The notes under the pieces: model-generated
Told to the model about the DNA's origin: nothing
Database searches by the model: none
What the model saw: the letters and a program-made list of their open reading frames with translations, nothing else
Assembly: GCF_004010195.1 (NCBI RefSeq)
Contig: NC_057719.1
Location: forward strand, 23,608,313-23,672,312
Length of the DNA: 64,000 nucleotides
Source: Chiloscyllium plagiosum
Lineage: Eukaryota
Direction: 5' to 3'
Shown: one piece after another, positions 39,604-52,329 of the stretch
How positions within the stretch are numbered: the stretch's first letter is position 1
Layout: each line of letters starts with the position of its first letter
Translations under genes and position numbers: made by a program

Positions 39604-40831
39604 TACTAGGAGATTTTGGCATTGTGATTCTGGGGATTTAGATATTGTGGTTCTTAAAGTTAAGAATTTGATGAGCAACCCAAGAATTTGGATGGAGACT
39701 AATGAATTGCAAGTGTTTAAGCAAACCCTTGATCTGCACTAAATGCTTTCTAACTTATTCAAGATAAGTGAATAATTCAGGAAAATCCCAGGAATCCAAT
39801 GGCATTGTCCCATGCCTCCTCCACCCCACTCCCCAGAGTGTGAAGCTATTAAATAATAACAGACAATGTGGATATAAAAGTGAATATTATGTTTTATCAT
39901 ACGCAGTGTATAATTACAATCCACACTTCTCCATTTGTCACATCCATCATTTTGAGCGTAACAACATAGTGTCTTGAAAATTTTAATTAGAATTCATATA
40001 TTTAGAAACAGGCTGGTAATGCAAATTTATCATGCTAATATGACAGTCTTTCTCTTTCCTAGATACAGATGTGCCTTTTTTTTCTTATTGCATGATTAAT
40101 CTACATTAAGAAAATGACTGACACTACAAGTGGTATCAATGCTTTGATAAATAGGAAAACAATGGCAAATTGTCATCGATGTGTTCCCTGTTGTCAGGTT
40201 TGGACCAGGAACTCAACAAGCAATGTGAAGATTTCCTAGACTAGTAAAATATTCTATGAAAGATCATTATTCATGAGATGAAATGAAAGTCATTTGTGTA
40301 CAGAGAAGGAAAGATATCATAGGTACTCTAGAAATTTATAATTTCAGTGTGTAAGAGAGAAATTAAGCCACATTTTCCATCAGGTTCTGAACCCAGTAGA
40401 GGACAGATGGCACATAATCTGTGAAAGGTGTAGATTTATTGGGGAAATCTAGCTTTGCTAGTTTCATGATCTTCATGTCCTTATTATGCTAATTAGCATA
40501 TGAAACTTAAAATTACATCACCTTTTCAGAGTTTTCAGAAATTTAGTCCAGCAGTTACCGCTGCCAGTATTCACAAATGAAGGCTTTAGTGTATCCATAT
40601 GGCATTCCTTATCTGCTGTTTAATACAGGCATTTGAAGTTGGTTAAAATCTCAATTAAAAAACACAGAAATGTTATATAAATAATGCATTAAACATCTGT
40701 GACTATAGCTAACACATTTATATATTATCTTTTTATGCTAACATGTTTTTTGCACCTAAATAGCAGTATCCACCTTGAATAATAATTTGAAACTAATTTT
40801 GTTTTCTAATATTAAAGTACATTAATAATAT

Positions 40832-41126
40832 GGCAGCACTGTTGCCTCACAGTGCTCGGGACCCAGGTTCAATTCTACCCTTGGACGTCTGTCTGTATGG
40901 AGGTTGCACATTCTTGCCAAGTCTGTGCGGGTTACCTCTGGGTGCTCTGATGTCCTCCTACAGTCCAAAGATATGAATATTAGCTGGATTGGTCAGGCTA
41001 AATTGCCTGGTGTGTCCAGGCGGTGAATAGGCTGAGTGAATTAGACATGGAAATTACAGGAGTAGGGTGGCATGATCTTCAAAGGGTCATAATGAGCCAA
41101 ATGTCCTGCTTCCACCCTGTAGGGAT
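40832..41126 (+). mobile_element. Old HE1-type V-SINE
   Basis: tRNA-like head (ggttcaattc B box) plus decayed V-domain. Confidence 0.75.
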
Positions 41127-41349
41127 GCGGCATAAATTTGAAGTAGTCTATGCTGGAGTACATAAATATATGTGAATAAGTTATTTCATGAGCATTTGTG
41201 AAAATGAATTATTTATCTTGAATGGAGATATTCAATAGATGACTCTAGAAAATCGTGCAGACAGAAAAATGCCATTCAGCAAATTGATCATTAAGTAAAT
41301 GTCCAAGGAATCTATCTTATAGTGATCCTGAGTTTGAATCAATGGTTAT

Positions 41350-41905
41350 CCCAAAATTGGAAGTGTAGTGGACAGCAAAGAAGGTTACCTCAGATTACAA
41401 TGGGATCTTGATCAGATGGGCCAATGGGCTGAAGAGTGGCAGATGGAGTTTAATTTAGATAAATGTGAGGTGCTGCATTTTGGGAAAGCAAGTCTTAGCA
41501 GGACTTATACACTTAATGGTAAGGTCCGAGGGAGTGTTGCTGAACAAAGAGACCTTGGAGTGCAGGTTCATTGCTCCTTGAAAGTAGAGTCGCAGGTAGA
41601 TAGGATAGTGAAGAAGGCATTTGGTATGCTTTCCTTTATTGGTCAGAGCATTGAGTATCAGAGTTGGGAGGTTATGCTGCAGCTGTACAGGATGTTGGTT
41701 AGGCCATGTTTGGAATATTGCATGCAATTCTAGTCTCCTTCCTATCAGAAGGATGTTGTGAAACTTGAAAGGGTTCAGAAAGATTTACAAGGATGTTGTC
41801 AGGGTTGGAAGATTTGAGCTATAGGGAGAGGCTGAACAGGCTGGGGCTGTTTTCCTTGGAGAGTCAAAATCTGAGGGGTGACCTCATAGAGGTTTATAAT
41901 ATCAG
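41350..41905 (+). mobile_element. CR1 LINE RT fragment
   Basis: ORF 41368-41733: WAEEWQMEFNLDKCEVLHFG..RDLGVQVH..LVRPCLEYCMQF. Confidence 0.9.
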
Positions 41906-42019
41906 ATAGTTTTGATCAGATGTTAAGATAGTTTTTGATGTGCATATTATGTGCATGTTGAAAGCATTTTATCAAAATATACACTGGTGAAGCTTGAAAC
42001 GATACCGAAAGCTAAGATT

Positions 42020-42666
42020 TCATAGAATCCCTACAGTGTGGAAACAGGCCCTTTGACCCAACAAGTCCACACCAACCGTCCAATGATTAACCCACCCAGA
42101 CCCATTCCTCTACCCTATTACTCTACATTTAGCCCAGACTAATGCACCTAACCCACACATCCCTGAACACTATGGGCAATTTAGTATGGCCAATTCACTT
42201 AGACTGCACATCTTTGGATTGTGGGAGGAAACCAGAGTAGATTAGATTAGATTACATTACAGTGTGGAAACAGGCCCTTCGGCCCAACAAGTCCACACCG
42301 ACCCGCCGAAGCGCAACCCACCCATACCCCTACATTTACCCCTTACCTAACACTATGGGCAATTTAGCATGGCCAATTCTCCTAACCTGCACAGCTTTGG
42401 ACTGTGGGAGGAAACTGGAGCACCCGGACGAAACCCACGCAGACACGGGGAGAACGTGCAAACTCCACACAATCAGTCGCCTGAGGCGGGAATTGAACCC
42501 GGGTCTCTGGCGCAGTGCTAACCACTGTGCCACCGTGCCGCCCACAGGAAACAGATGCAGACACGGGGAGAATGTGCAAACTCCGCACAGACAGTCGCCC
42601 AAGGCAGGAATCGAACCCTAGCGCTGTGCAGCAGCAGTGTTAACCATGAAGCCACCACGCTACCCA
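42020..42666 (-). mobile_element. HE1-type V-SINE with a younger HE1 copy (42238-42544) nested inside
   Basis: Two tRNA heads and two tails; inner copy is CpG-rich with an (agatt)n tail. Confidence 0.9.
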
Positions 42667-43414
42667 TGTAGCTTTAATTGCAAGAAATATCTCTCTGACC
42701 GCAGAAATATGTATTGCAGCCATCATGAACAGATTCCCAAAACAGCAAACAATACATATTTTGCATGTAAAATTAAAGAAAGTAAGCAACTATCTGTTAT
42801 TTGATCTGTCTATTTAGACTACTGTGGATCCCTTAACTTCAAAGATCAGTCATGTGTGGACCCAGGATAGATAGCAGTGTTGAAGTGCACTGCTACTACA
42901 TTACTTTCTTCTGTTGCCTACAGCCAAACAACACAGGTCAAAAATTAGATTCTAATGTCACTCTGAGTCTACATTTGACGTGCACTGACAACTTAACCAT
43001 CTGAATATAAAACACATCACTGGAAAGATTAGCTTCTGTTCAGCTTCCTTTCCTTTTGAAGATTGGACTCAGTGAACTAAACTTCATTCTACAGATGCCT
43101 TCCTATAAATGATGCAACCTCCTTTTGTCAGACAGAGATGAAGTTGAGCTTATTAAATGAATATTTTAGATCAACATAACAAGCATGGAAACAAAGCTGT
43201 AAGTCCATTTGCTTTTGGAGGAAATTTAGAATCCTGGAAAAGAATCAAAGTGACACCTTATTTGACAGACAGTAATTTCAAAGTATCAAACAAATTAATG
43301 TGCAGATGAAGTTGCTGAGGTAAAAGCACATATACATGCTGTATAAATTAGCAAGGTAAGAGCATTAAAACATTGAGGAAGAAACAAAATATCTCTGTTG
43401 AAAAAGGTCAACAG

Positions 43415-46400
43415 GCAGATACTGAAAACAGCAAATGCTGGAGATCACAATGGGTCAGATAGCATCCATGGAGTGAGAGCAACCTAATGTATTGAGTCGA
43501 GATGACGCTTCATCAGAACTGAAGTGAGGAGGGGACACCATTTATGCTATAGTTTGGGGAGGGTGGTGGGGAATGTGTGGGCATAGTGGGTGTAGACTGC
43601 TGGTGGAGAAAAGGTGTTGATAGTTCAGATTAAGTGATCGGAATGTGAGAATGGCAGAACAATGATGTGGGAGAAAGTGAGGACTGCAGATGCTGGAGAT
43701 CAGAGCTGAAAATGTGTTGCTGGAAAAGCGCAGCAGGTCAGGCAGCATCCAAGGAGCAGGAGAATCGACGTTTTGGGAATGAGCCCTTCTTCAGGGCTGA
43801 AGGACAGACAGTACCCCTGGGGTGGAGGGAGGGGAGAAAGGACATGATAGCTAGCAGAATGTAACAAGCTAAAAGAAAGGCATGAAATGGGAGTTGGTTG
43901 ACAATTTGAAGGTGTTGAACTCAATATTAAGTCCAGAAGGCTGTGAAGTCTGAAGATGAGATGTTGTTCCTCCAGTTTGTGCTGTGATTTACTGGAACAC
44001 TGTAGCATGCCAAGGACAGAGAAGTGGGCATGCAACAGGACGCTGACCAATCCATTTCTGAGGCTGAACGTACTGTCCTCGGCAAAGAACTCAACTTCAT
44101 ACCCTTACGCCTCACCTTAATGAATTTCGGGATGTGGAGCTGTTTTTCCGCTGCTTCTGTCTCCGTGCTCACTTCTTCAGCCGTTACTTACCCCCATCCT
44201 CAGTCCATTGATCCCTTCACCCACCTCCAGTAATCACTGTCCACTTGGAGTCCTTCCGTGGCCTCTTATCTGCCTTGATCTCTTCGTTGAAAACTACCGG
44301 CATGATGTCAGCTGTTTCACTTTCTCTGCCCCTCTCACCTACACTAACTGTCCCCTTCTAAAATTACCGCACTTCACGCTCCCAGGTCCGACCCTAACTT
44401 TGTTGTCAAACCCCCTGACAAAGGTGGTGTCATTGTTGTCTGATGCACTGATCTTTACCTTGTGGAGGCTTAATGCCAACTCTCTGACACTTCTTCCTAC
44501 CTTCCCTGGGCCATGACCCTCCTTATCTGAACATCAAGCTATTGTTGCCATTATTGTCACAGACCTCATCACCTCTGGAGATCTTCCCTCCACTGCCTCG
44601 GACCTTATAGTCTCCCAGCCCCGGACAGCCTGCTTCTACCTCCATCTCACAATCCACAACCAGACTGTCCGGGGGGTAGACCCATTATATCAACCTGTTC
44701 CTGCCATACCGAGCTCATTTCCTCCTCCTTGGGTCTATCCTCTGTCCCCTAGTCCTGACCCTGCCCACCTACATCTGTAATTTCTCTGATGCCCTCTGCC
44801 ATATTGAGAATTTCCATTTCTCTGGTTCTAACTGCCCCCTGTTCACCATGGATATCCAATCCCTCTGTATCTCCGTTCCTTGACCAGAGGCCTGATCAAT
44901 CCCCATCGCCCGCCATTCTCCCCCACTTGGCTGAACTCATTCTCTCACTGAAAAATCTCTCTTTTAATTCATCTCACTTCTGCCAAGGCAAAGGAGTGGC
45001 TATGGGCCCCACTTGGGTCCCAGTTATGCCTGCTTCTTTCTTGGATATGTGGACAAATCCTTGTTCCAGTCCTACATTGGCCCCCTCCCACAATTCTTGA
45101 TCGACAAATGTTTTGGGACAGCTTCATGCTCCCATCTGGATCTTGCAAACTTTGTTCATTTTGCCTAGTTTCTGCCCCTCTATAACTTTCACATCATCCA
45201 TTTCCAACACTTCCTTTCCTTTCCTTGACCACGCTGTTTCCATTTTAGGGATTAATCTGTCCACTGCCATCCATTATAAAGCCATTGACTTCCGTAGCAA
45301 CCTTCACTACAGCTCGTCACACCCTATATCTTTTAATGACTCCATCCCATTCTCCCAGTTTCCTTGCCAACATCACATCCACTCCGATGATGCTACCTTC
45401 CAGAGCAGCACTGCTAACATGGCTTCCTTCTTCCATAATCGTGGTTTCCCACTCACTGTGGTTGACAGGGCCCTCGACCACATTTGACTTATTACCTGTG
45501 CTTCCACCTTTGTCCCTTCCTTTCACTCACAACAGTGTGATCAGGTTTCCCTTTGCCCTCACATTTCATCCCTCCAGCCTCCACATTCAAAGGATCCTTC
45601 TCTGCCATTTCAGACAACTCCAGCAGAATGTCACAACCAACACATCTTGCCCTCACTCCCCTGTCTGCATTTCATAGGGGCCATTCCTCTAGGGCACACT
45701 AGTCCATTCCAGAACCACCAGTACCAAACCCCCTCCCCATGGTACCTTCCCATGTAACTGCAGAAGGTACAACACCTGCCCCTTCCCCTCCTCCCTGCTC
45801 ACTATCCAAGGGCCTAAACAGTCTTTCCGGGTGAAGCAGCATTTCATCTGTACCTCTCCAATCATGTGTATGATATTCGCTGCACCCAATGTGGCCTACT
45901 CACCCAAACGCAGATTGGGTGACTTCTTTTAGGAACACCTCCAGTCTGAGCACAAGCATGATCCCGACCTTCCCATAGCCAGTCATTTTAACACAGCGTC
46001 CTCCTCGTTTGCCCACGTGTCTATATTCTAAATGCCGCAATGCTCCAGTGAATCACAGCTCAAACTGGAGGAACAACATCTCATCTTTAGACTAGACATT
46101 TAACAGCCTTCTGGACTTAATATTGAGCTCAACACCTTCAAATTGTCAACCAACTCCCATTTTCTCCCTTTCTTTTAGCTTGTTACATTCTGTTATTATG
46201 TCCTTTCCCCCCTCCCACAATCCCAATGGGACTGTCTGTCCTTTCAATTCTGTCTAGAGATATACCATTGTTCTGCCATTCTCACATTTCGACCACTTAA
46301 TCAGAAATATCAACATCTTTTATCCACCGGCGTCCTACACTCACTACCCCCACACAGCCCACCCCAAACTAAAGCATAAATGCTGTCCTCTCCACACTCC

Positions 46401-46573
46401 ACAGTTCAGTTCTAATGAAGAGTCATCTAGACTTGAAATATTAGCTTTAGATTAGAGTGGTGCTGGAAATGCACAGCAGGCTTGCTCTCTCTCTGTGGAT
46501 GCTGTTGGACCCACTGTGATCTCCAGCATTTGTGGTTTTCAGTACAGACTCTAGCATCTGCAGCAATTTGCTC
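43415..46573 (+). mobile_element. Penelope-like element (family 3) with inverted ~0.6-kb terminal arms
   Basis: Internal SEAERTVLGKELNFIP, KPPDKGG, GVAMG, FPFLD, GIY-YIG remnant; 43415-44040 is the reverse complement of ~46000-46545. Confidence 0.9.
43670..43795 (-). mobile_element. PLE family 1 terminal fragment inside the family 3 arm
   Basis: gagaaagtgaggactgcagatgctggagatcagagctgaaaatgtg..; HHR with GAAA mutated. Confidence 0.85.
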
Positions 46574-47649
46574 CAACAGACAGATACATGAGCAAGAACA
46601 TTGATGTGCTCTTGTGTGATCATTGTTTTCATAAACATTAGGCATTGCTGCCAGTGAAGCACTACCTAAACACCGAGGGTTCTTTTATTTTATTGATTTT
46701 TTAAGGAAACCGAAGAAATCTCAGTGTTGTTTTAAGAATACAGAAATTGTAAAGATATTCTGTTCATTTCTTTTAAAATGCACTACTAAGACTTTAATCT
46801 TGTGTATATATTTTGAGGGAGCTGGGATATATGAGGTGTGGAGTTTCCATGGTAATTCAATGTACTGCAAAAGCTTTATAAGGAGCATGTACCTAGTGCA
46901 AGAGGTTGGAGTGTAATTGAGAAGTGCCTTCAGTGCAGTATTGAACTGAGCATTGCCTGAGGTTGAGTGACTCCAGCCAACTTGAAGAGGGCAGCTTTGT
47001 GTCTTACATTTTGCAGCAACCCTGGGGCAGCAGTACAAGCTTATTTGCAAGAAGAAAGACATTTCAGGGCTGGTGTTTGTGAACTCAGTTCCTTTTTTCA
47101 GGTCAGGAAAGCTAGTAGTGAGTATATGTTCCAGCCCTATTTTGTATTCTTTCCAGTCTTGGATATTACTCATAGCATTTTGATCCACAGCAATGATTTA
47201 AATTCCAAATGGGCACAGATTAAGTCTGCATTCTAACAAGACTTTGCATTTCAGTCCTCAAAATACTACTCACATGCATATTTGTTTTAAAGCATCAGAA
47301 TAGAGCATAGCTGTGCCAGGAATTAAAATTTTGATTTACTTATGTTCCCAGCTTCAGCAACCTTAATTATTAGCGATGCATGTGAATCAAGTTTTTCAAA
47401 ATTGGCTGAATCTGGTGGACAAGATTTTAAATCACTGAAAACTCTTCATTTTCATAGAGTTACAACTGGATCCTCAAGAAAGGGAGACTGCAATGTATTG
47501 AAAATTGCAATGTCCATTTTGTCCACTTGAGGTTACCAGGCATGCATATGCCCGCAAATGGAGTTTGAATCCATTTGAGAGTGAGAAACTTGGGTTGAAA
47601 ACCACTATGCTAAACATAAATAACAAGTAACATTAAAACATACAGTAAG

Positions 47650-48900
47650 AACTTCTTTCGATATATAAAAAGGAAGGCACAAACCAAAATGAATAGAGGC
47701 TTCTTGCAGAATAAGGCTGGTGAAATAATACTAGGGAAAGAGGGAATGGCAGAGGAAATGACTAAATAGTTTATATCAGTCTTAATGGTAAAAAGTACTA
47801 GCATACAAAAAATAATAAATCCTCAAAGGGAAAAAAGGGAGAAGGAAATAAATATAATAACTAACATCAGAGACACAATACTAAAAAGACTAATGGGATT
47901 AAAAAACAATAAATTCCTTGTATCTGGTGGGTTAATTCAAGGATAATAAATCAAGTAACTGTAGAGATAATGAGTGAACTGGCAGTAATTTTCCAACGCT
48001 CTGGAACAGTTCCACATGATTGGGAAATTGCTAAAGTAACACACTTATTCAAAACAGGAGGGAGACAAAAATAGGTAACTACAGGCCAGTTACCTTTACA
48101 TCAGTTGATTGGGAAATGGAAGAGTCTCTTACAAAGGATGCCATTTAGAAATACATAACATAATCAAGCAGAATCAGCATGGCTTCATGAAGAGGAAATC
48201 ATGCCTGACGAATTTATTACAACTTGTTTAGGAGATAAACTAAACCAGTAAATGTGATATATTTGGATACCAAAGCATATTCAAGAAAGTACCGCACATC
48301 AGGATACTTAATAAGGTAAAAGCCCATGTTGTTGGGGATAGTATAGTAGCATGGATAGAGGGCTGGGTAACTAATATGAGACAGAGAGGTGGGATTTGAC
48401 AACTTAGAACTAGAAAATGGCTACAGGAATCAATTTTGGGGCTACAATTATTCACAATACATATTAATAATGTGAATGGCAGGAGTGAATCTGCTATAGC
48501 CATGTTTGTGAATGACACAAAGGTAGATAGAAAAACAAATAGTGTGGATGAGTCTACAGAGGAGGATGGATAGATTAAGTGATACGTAAGCTCTTGGCAG
48601 ATGGAATATGATGTGTGAAAATATGTGGTCCTGAATTTTAGCATAATTAATAGAGGAGGTAAGTATTATACAAATGGAGAAAGATTGGAAAAAAGCCTAC
48701 AGAATTGGGGGAATTTGGGGTCCTCTTGCATGAATCTCAAAAAAACTAGTATACAAGTTCAGTGGGTAATATGGAGGGCCAAATGGAATATTGACCGTTA
48801 TTTCCAAAGAAATGATGAAAAAAGTAGGGAGGTCTTGCTAAATGAAATGACACGAATTAGGCCACACCTAAATATCGTGAACAGTTTTGGTCACTTTATT
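47650..48900 (+). mobile_element. Degenerate CR1 LINE RT region
   Basis: DWEIAKVTHLFK, NYRPVTFTS, QHGFMKRKSCLTNLL motifs in DNA. Confidence 0.8.
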
Positions 48901-49320
48901 TCTTGTCGGGGGTCCCTCTACATGCTTACTTAAAAATCTCACCTGAACACATTTTAAGAATTCTATCGCCTCTAAGCAGTTCACATTTTGTCTATCCTAG
49001 TTAATATTAGGGAAGTTGAAATCCTCTACCATTATTACACTACTGTTTTTCCACCTCAGATTTGCCTACATATCTACCTTTCAATTTCTCTCTAACTGTT
49101 TGTGGGTCTACAATATACATCAATCAAAGACACTGCCCCTTTTCCTTTTTAGTTTTTACTCATAAGGCCTCATTTGAGGAACTTTCAAAGATATCATCCT
49201 TTCTTATTGCAGTAATTAGCTTCTTCATCAATACTCTGACACCACTCCTTCTTTTACATCTGCTACCTTATCCAAAGATTCTGTATCCGGAAACACTGAG
49301 TTGCTAGACCTGTCCCACTC
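48900..49320 (-). mobile_element. CR1 endonuclease fragment
   Basis: VIMVEDFNFPNI (GDFN motif) on the minus strand. Confidence 0.6.
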
Positions 49321-49321
49321 T

Positions 49322-49610
49322 CAGCTGAAAATGTGTTGCTGGAAAAGCGCAGCAGGTCAGGCAGCATCCAAGGAACNNNNNNNNNNGAGTTCATCCCTTG
49401 TGGTTGGAGGGTTCCTAGGCGGAAGATAAGGTGCTCTGGGACCGACATTTGGGAGAACACCTCTGGGACACCCGGACCAACCAACCCAACCACCCCGTGG
49501 CTCAACACTTCAACTCCCCCTCCCACTCCACCAAGGACATGAAGGTCCTTGGACTCCTCCATCGCCAGACCATAGCAACACAACGGTTGGAGGAAGAGCG
49601 CCTCATCTAC
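49322..49610. mobile_element. Rearranged PLE family 1 fragment spanning a 10-N gap
   Basis: Minus HLIFRLGTLQPQGMN joined to plus EHLWDTRTNQPNHPVAQHFN..LEEERLI. Confidence 0.85.
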
Positions 49611-49829
49611 CTTTTACATACAGACATGTGTTGTCCGAGTGCTGGAAATTGGGATGAGAATAGATTGACATTTGATGACTGATACAGACAGGATCGGCCA
49701 AAGGGCCTCCTTCCGTAATGTAAAAGCTCTATGTCTCTATGAGTTAAAGGAAAGATGGGATGGTATATAAATGAGGTGAGATTAATAAGGAGATCTTAGC
49801 ATATACTGGGCTTTCTGTCAGCGATACAC

Positions 49830-49853
49830 CTCTCTCTCTCTCTCTCTCTCTCT
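49830..49853. repeat. (CT)n microsatellite
   Basis: Direct read. Confidence 0.95.
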
Positions 49854-51275
49854 GTGAAACTAAACACTATAAATGTCTGGCTTTCTTTCTGGTGGATGCT
49901 CCCTTTTATGGAGTATTTTCAGTCCCATGAAGATAAGTTATTTTGGATCTCTGCTTCTCTCAGTGAGACAGCTAACATAGGGGGCTCAGAGTGCTTCATT
50001 CTGTTTTTAATGTAACAAAACAGTACTTTGGCAATCCTGGGACTTAGTCGCCAGTCAGCAATGCTTTCTGCCAGCTTAAGGCAGGATGATCAAGTCTCGC
50101 ACATGTTACATGATTTTACCATAATTTTACCATTTCTCTGCTGCACCCATCCATCCTGGCCCAGAATACCTTTGGTCCCACATTCCCAAAGCAACTAGGA
50201 GTCTCACTTTCACCTGTTGAGCACGTATACATTGACTGCTGGCCCGTCGACCCTCACCTTCCACCGCCCCCTGTGCATCTTTCACCTCGAACACTGTCCT
50301 TCCCACCCCAGTCTCGCGACTTTCCAAGTGGGCCCTATTTCTTCTCTGAGGTGTCCATTACAACTGGTTCAAGGTGATGGCAACATAAATGGTTGGTCTT
50401 ATTGAAATTAAAAAGGATGCACAAAAATAAAACAAAGATCAAAAAGTAGAAGCAAAATATCTCCAAATTTAAATTTTGGAGGAGGAGGGTTTTGCATATC
50501 CCTTTATGTTTCAGTGCTTGTGTTAACTTCAGTAACTCCTGAACAGTGATTCTTTTGAACCAAAAATTGGATGCTCTTGCCCTCTGCTGGTTAAATTTGA
50601 AAATTTTGCTGATTAGAATCAATGGCTGTTTTCGAGGTCATTTATTGCTTTTCCTATGATTATTGATATAGTCTCCATGTCGCTTTGAGAATAGCAAGTA
50701 AAGCTGACCCACAAGATTTACAGCAGCGTTCTCGGGTCAGATTTCATACATGAAAGAATAAAGGAACAAGGGATAAATTTTTAAACTTACTGTCAGAACT
50801 ATTTATGAACATTAAATTACTCTTGCCAATTATTTAATCTAATTGCTGCATGCAAAGTATTTTCTACATATTTTCCTCACATAAAATTTGCATAATTGTA
50901 GAGGATAAGAAAATGAGGATTTTGTGCTGAATTTCAGCACTGCAATCCCTTCATAGCGTGGAAAGTCAACATCAGGTAAGAAACCTAAAATATTCAGCAG
51001 TATGTTCTATTGTAGATCTGTAACATCAGCCTTGTCTCAGTTGGCAGCACACATTCACAAGATTGTGGATTCAGCCACTCCAGGGCTTGAGTGGGTGCTG
51101 GAAGAAACAACTCAACAGTTGCATTATTTTTAACAGCATCCACACCTGCAATCTCTACCACCTGGAAGGACAAGAGCAGCACAAAAACACCAGTGGAACT
51201 CTATCACCTGTCCTTACCTGTCAACGGGTCAAAATCCTAGAACTCTTTGAAAGCACTGACAATGTCCTTACATAA

Positions 51276-51395
51276 TGTGGAGGTGCCGGTGTTGGACTGG
51301 GATGGACAAGGTCAAAAATCACACGACACCAGGTTATGGTCCAACAGATTTATTTGGAATTGCAAGCTTTTGGAGTGCTGCCCCTTCCTCAGGCA
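51276..51395 (-). mobile_element. PLE family 2 terminal fragment
   Basis: gtggaggtgccggtgttggactgg..aaaatcacac.acaccaggttat; HHR remnant. Confidence 0.75.
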
Positions 51396-51569
51396 TGGTA
51401 TCTGATTTTTGACAAGGTCTCTACAGCACATGGACTGCAAGAAGACATTTCAAGAAGACAACCTTATCACCGTCTTCTCTATAACAATTAGACATGGGCA
51501 ATAAATGCTGGCCTAGCAAATAATGCCCACATCTTACAAACGAATAAATTTTGAAAAAGTCCATTGAAG

Positions 51570-51715
51570 CACTGAGGAAGATTTTCCGATGAGATGTTAA
51601 AAGACAGACTATATCCACTTGCTTCAATGAATGTGAAAGATCCCATTGCACAATATTGAAGAACAGCGAGGGTGTATTGGTCCTGTCCTGGTGTTCGAGA
51701 CAATATTTACTTTGG
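51570..51715 (+). mobile_element. DeuSINE (SacSINE1/AmnSINE1-like) core fragment
   Basis: gatgagatgttaa..tgtgaaagatcccattgcac..ttgaagaa.agc.aggg..ctggtgt..caatatttac resembles the Deu-domain as I recall it. Confidence 0.6.
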
Positions 51716-52329
51716 CATTTTTCCAAATGACCAGTCCTTGTAGCTTGTTACATTTGCAACTCCTACCAGTGTGTGGTACTTGGCCAGAGTTATTTGAGGC
51801 AGCTTGCTGCTACTAATGGGTTGTGTTTGATTTGTCTTGGGCCTATCCAGTATTTAGTGGATATTTCACCATAGAGGATCTACAGACAAGGTACGTTTCT
51901 TTGTTAATGAGAGGCTTAATTGCAAGATAGTAATAAGTACAACTACAGTTGGTCAGATATAATTAGATCTATTTTATTCATTCATGGAGTGTGGTGGTCG
52001 TTGACTGAGCCAGCCTTTATTGCCTTGAGAAGGTGTTTGATGAGCTGCCTTCTTGAACCACTGCAGTCCACGTGCTGTATGTTGACCCACAATGCTATTA
52101 GGGAGTGTATTGACCCAACTACAGTGAAGAAATAACGATATGTTTCCAAGTCAGGATAGTGTGTTTCTTGGAGGGGACCTTGCAGGTGGTGATGTTCTCA
52201 CGTATCTGCTGCTCTTGTCCTTCCAGATGCACACTGCAGTTGCTGAGGGCCTAAATGTTACATTATCTTTTGTTCCACTACACACTAAAATGCTTGCACT
52301 AAAGAATCTTTAAACTTGAAGGCTTTTCT

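Noticed and set aside
42480..42544. tRNA gene
   Set aside because: A/B boxes belong to the head of an HE1 SINE; no complete cloverleaf.
43095..43200. Plus-strand AG..GTAAGT exon-like segment
   Set aside because: Stop codons in all three frames.
46721..47236. 155-aa minus ORF and 89-aa plus ORF
   Set aside because: No recognisable domain, no convincing splice boundaries, low coding bias.
50335..50622. Hydrophobic ORF suggesting a membrane protein
   Set aside because: Results from an A-rich low-complexity tract; no splice donor.
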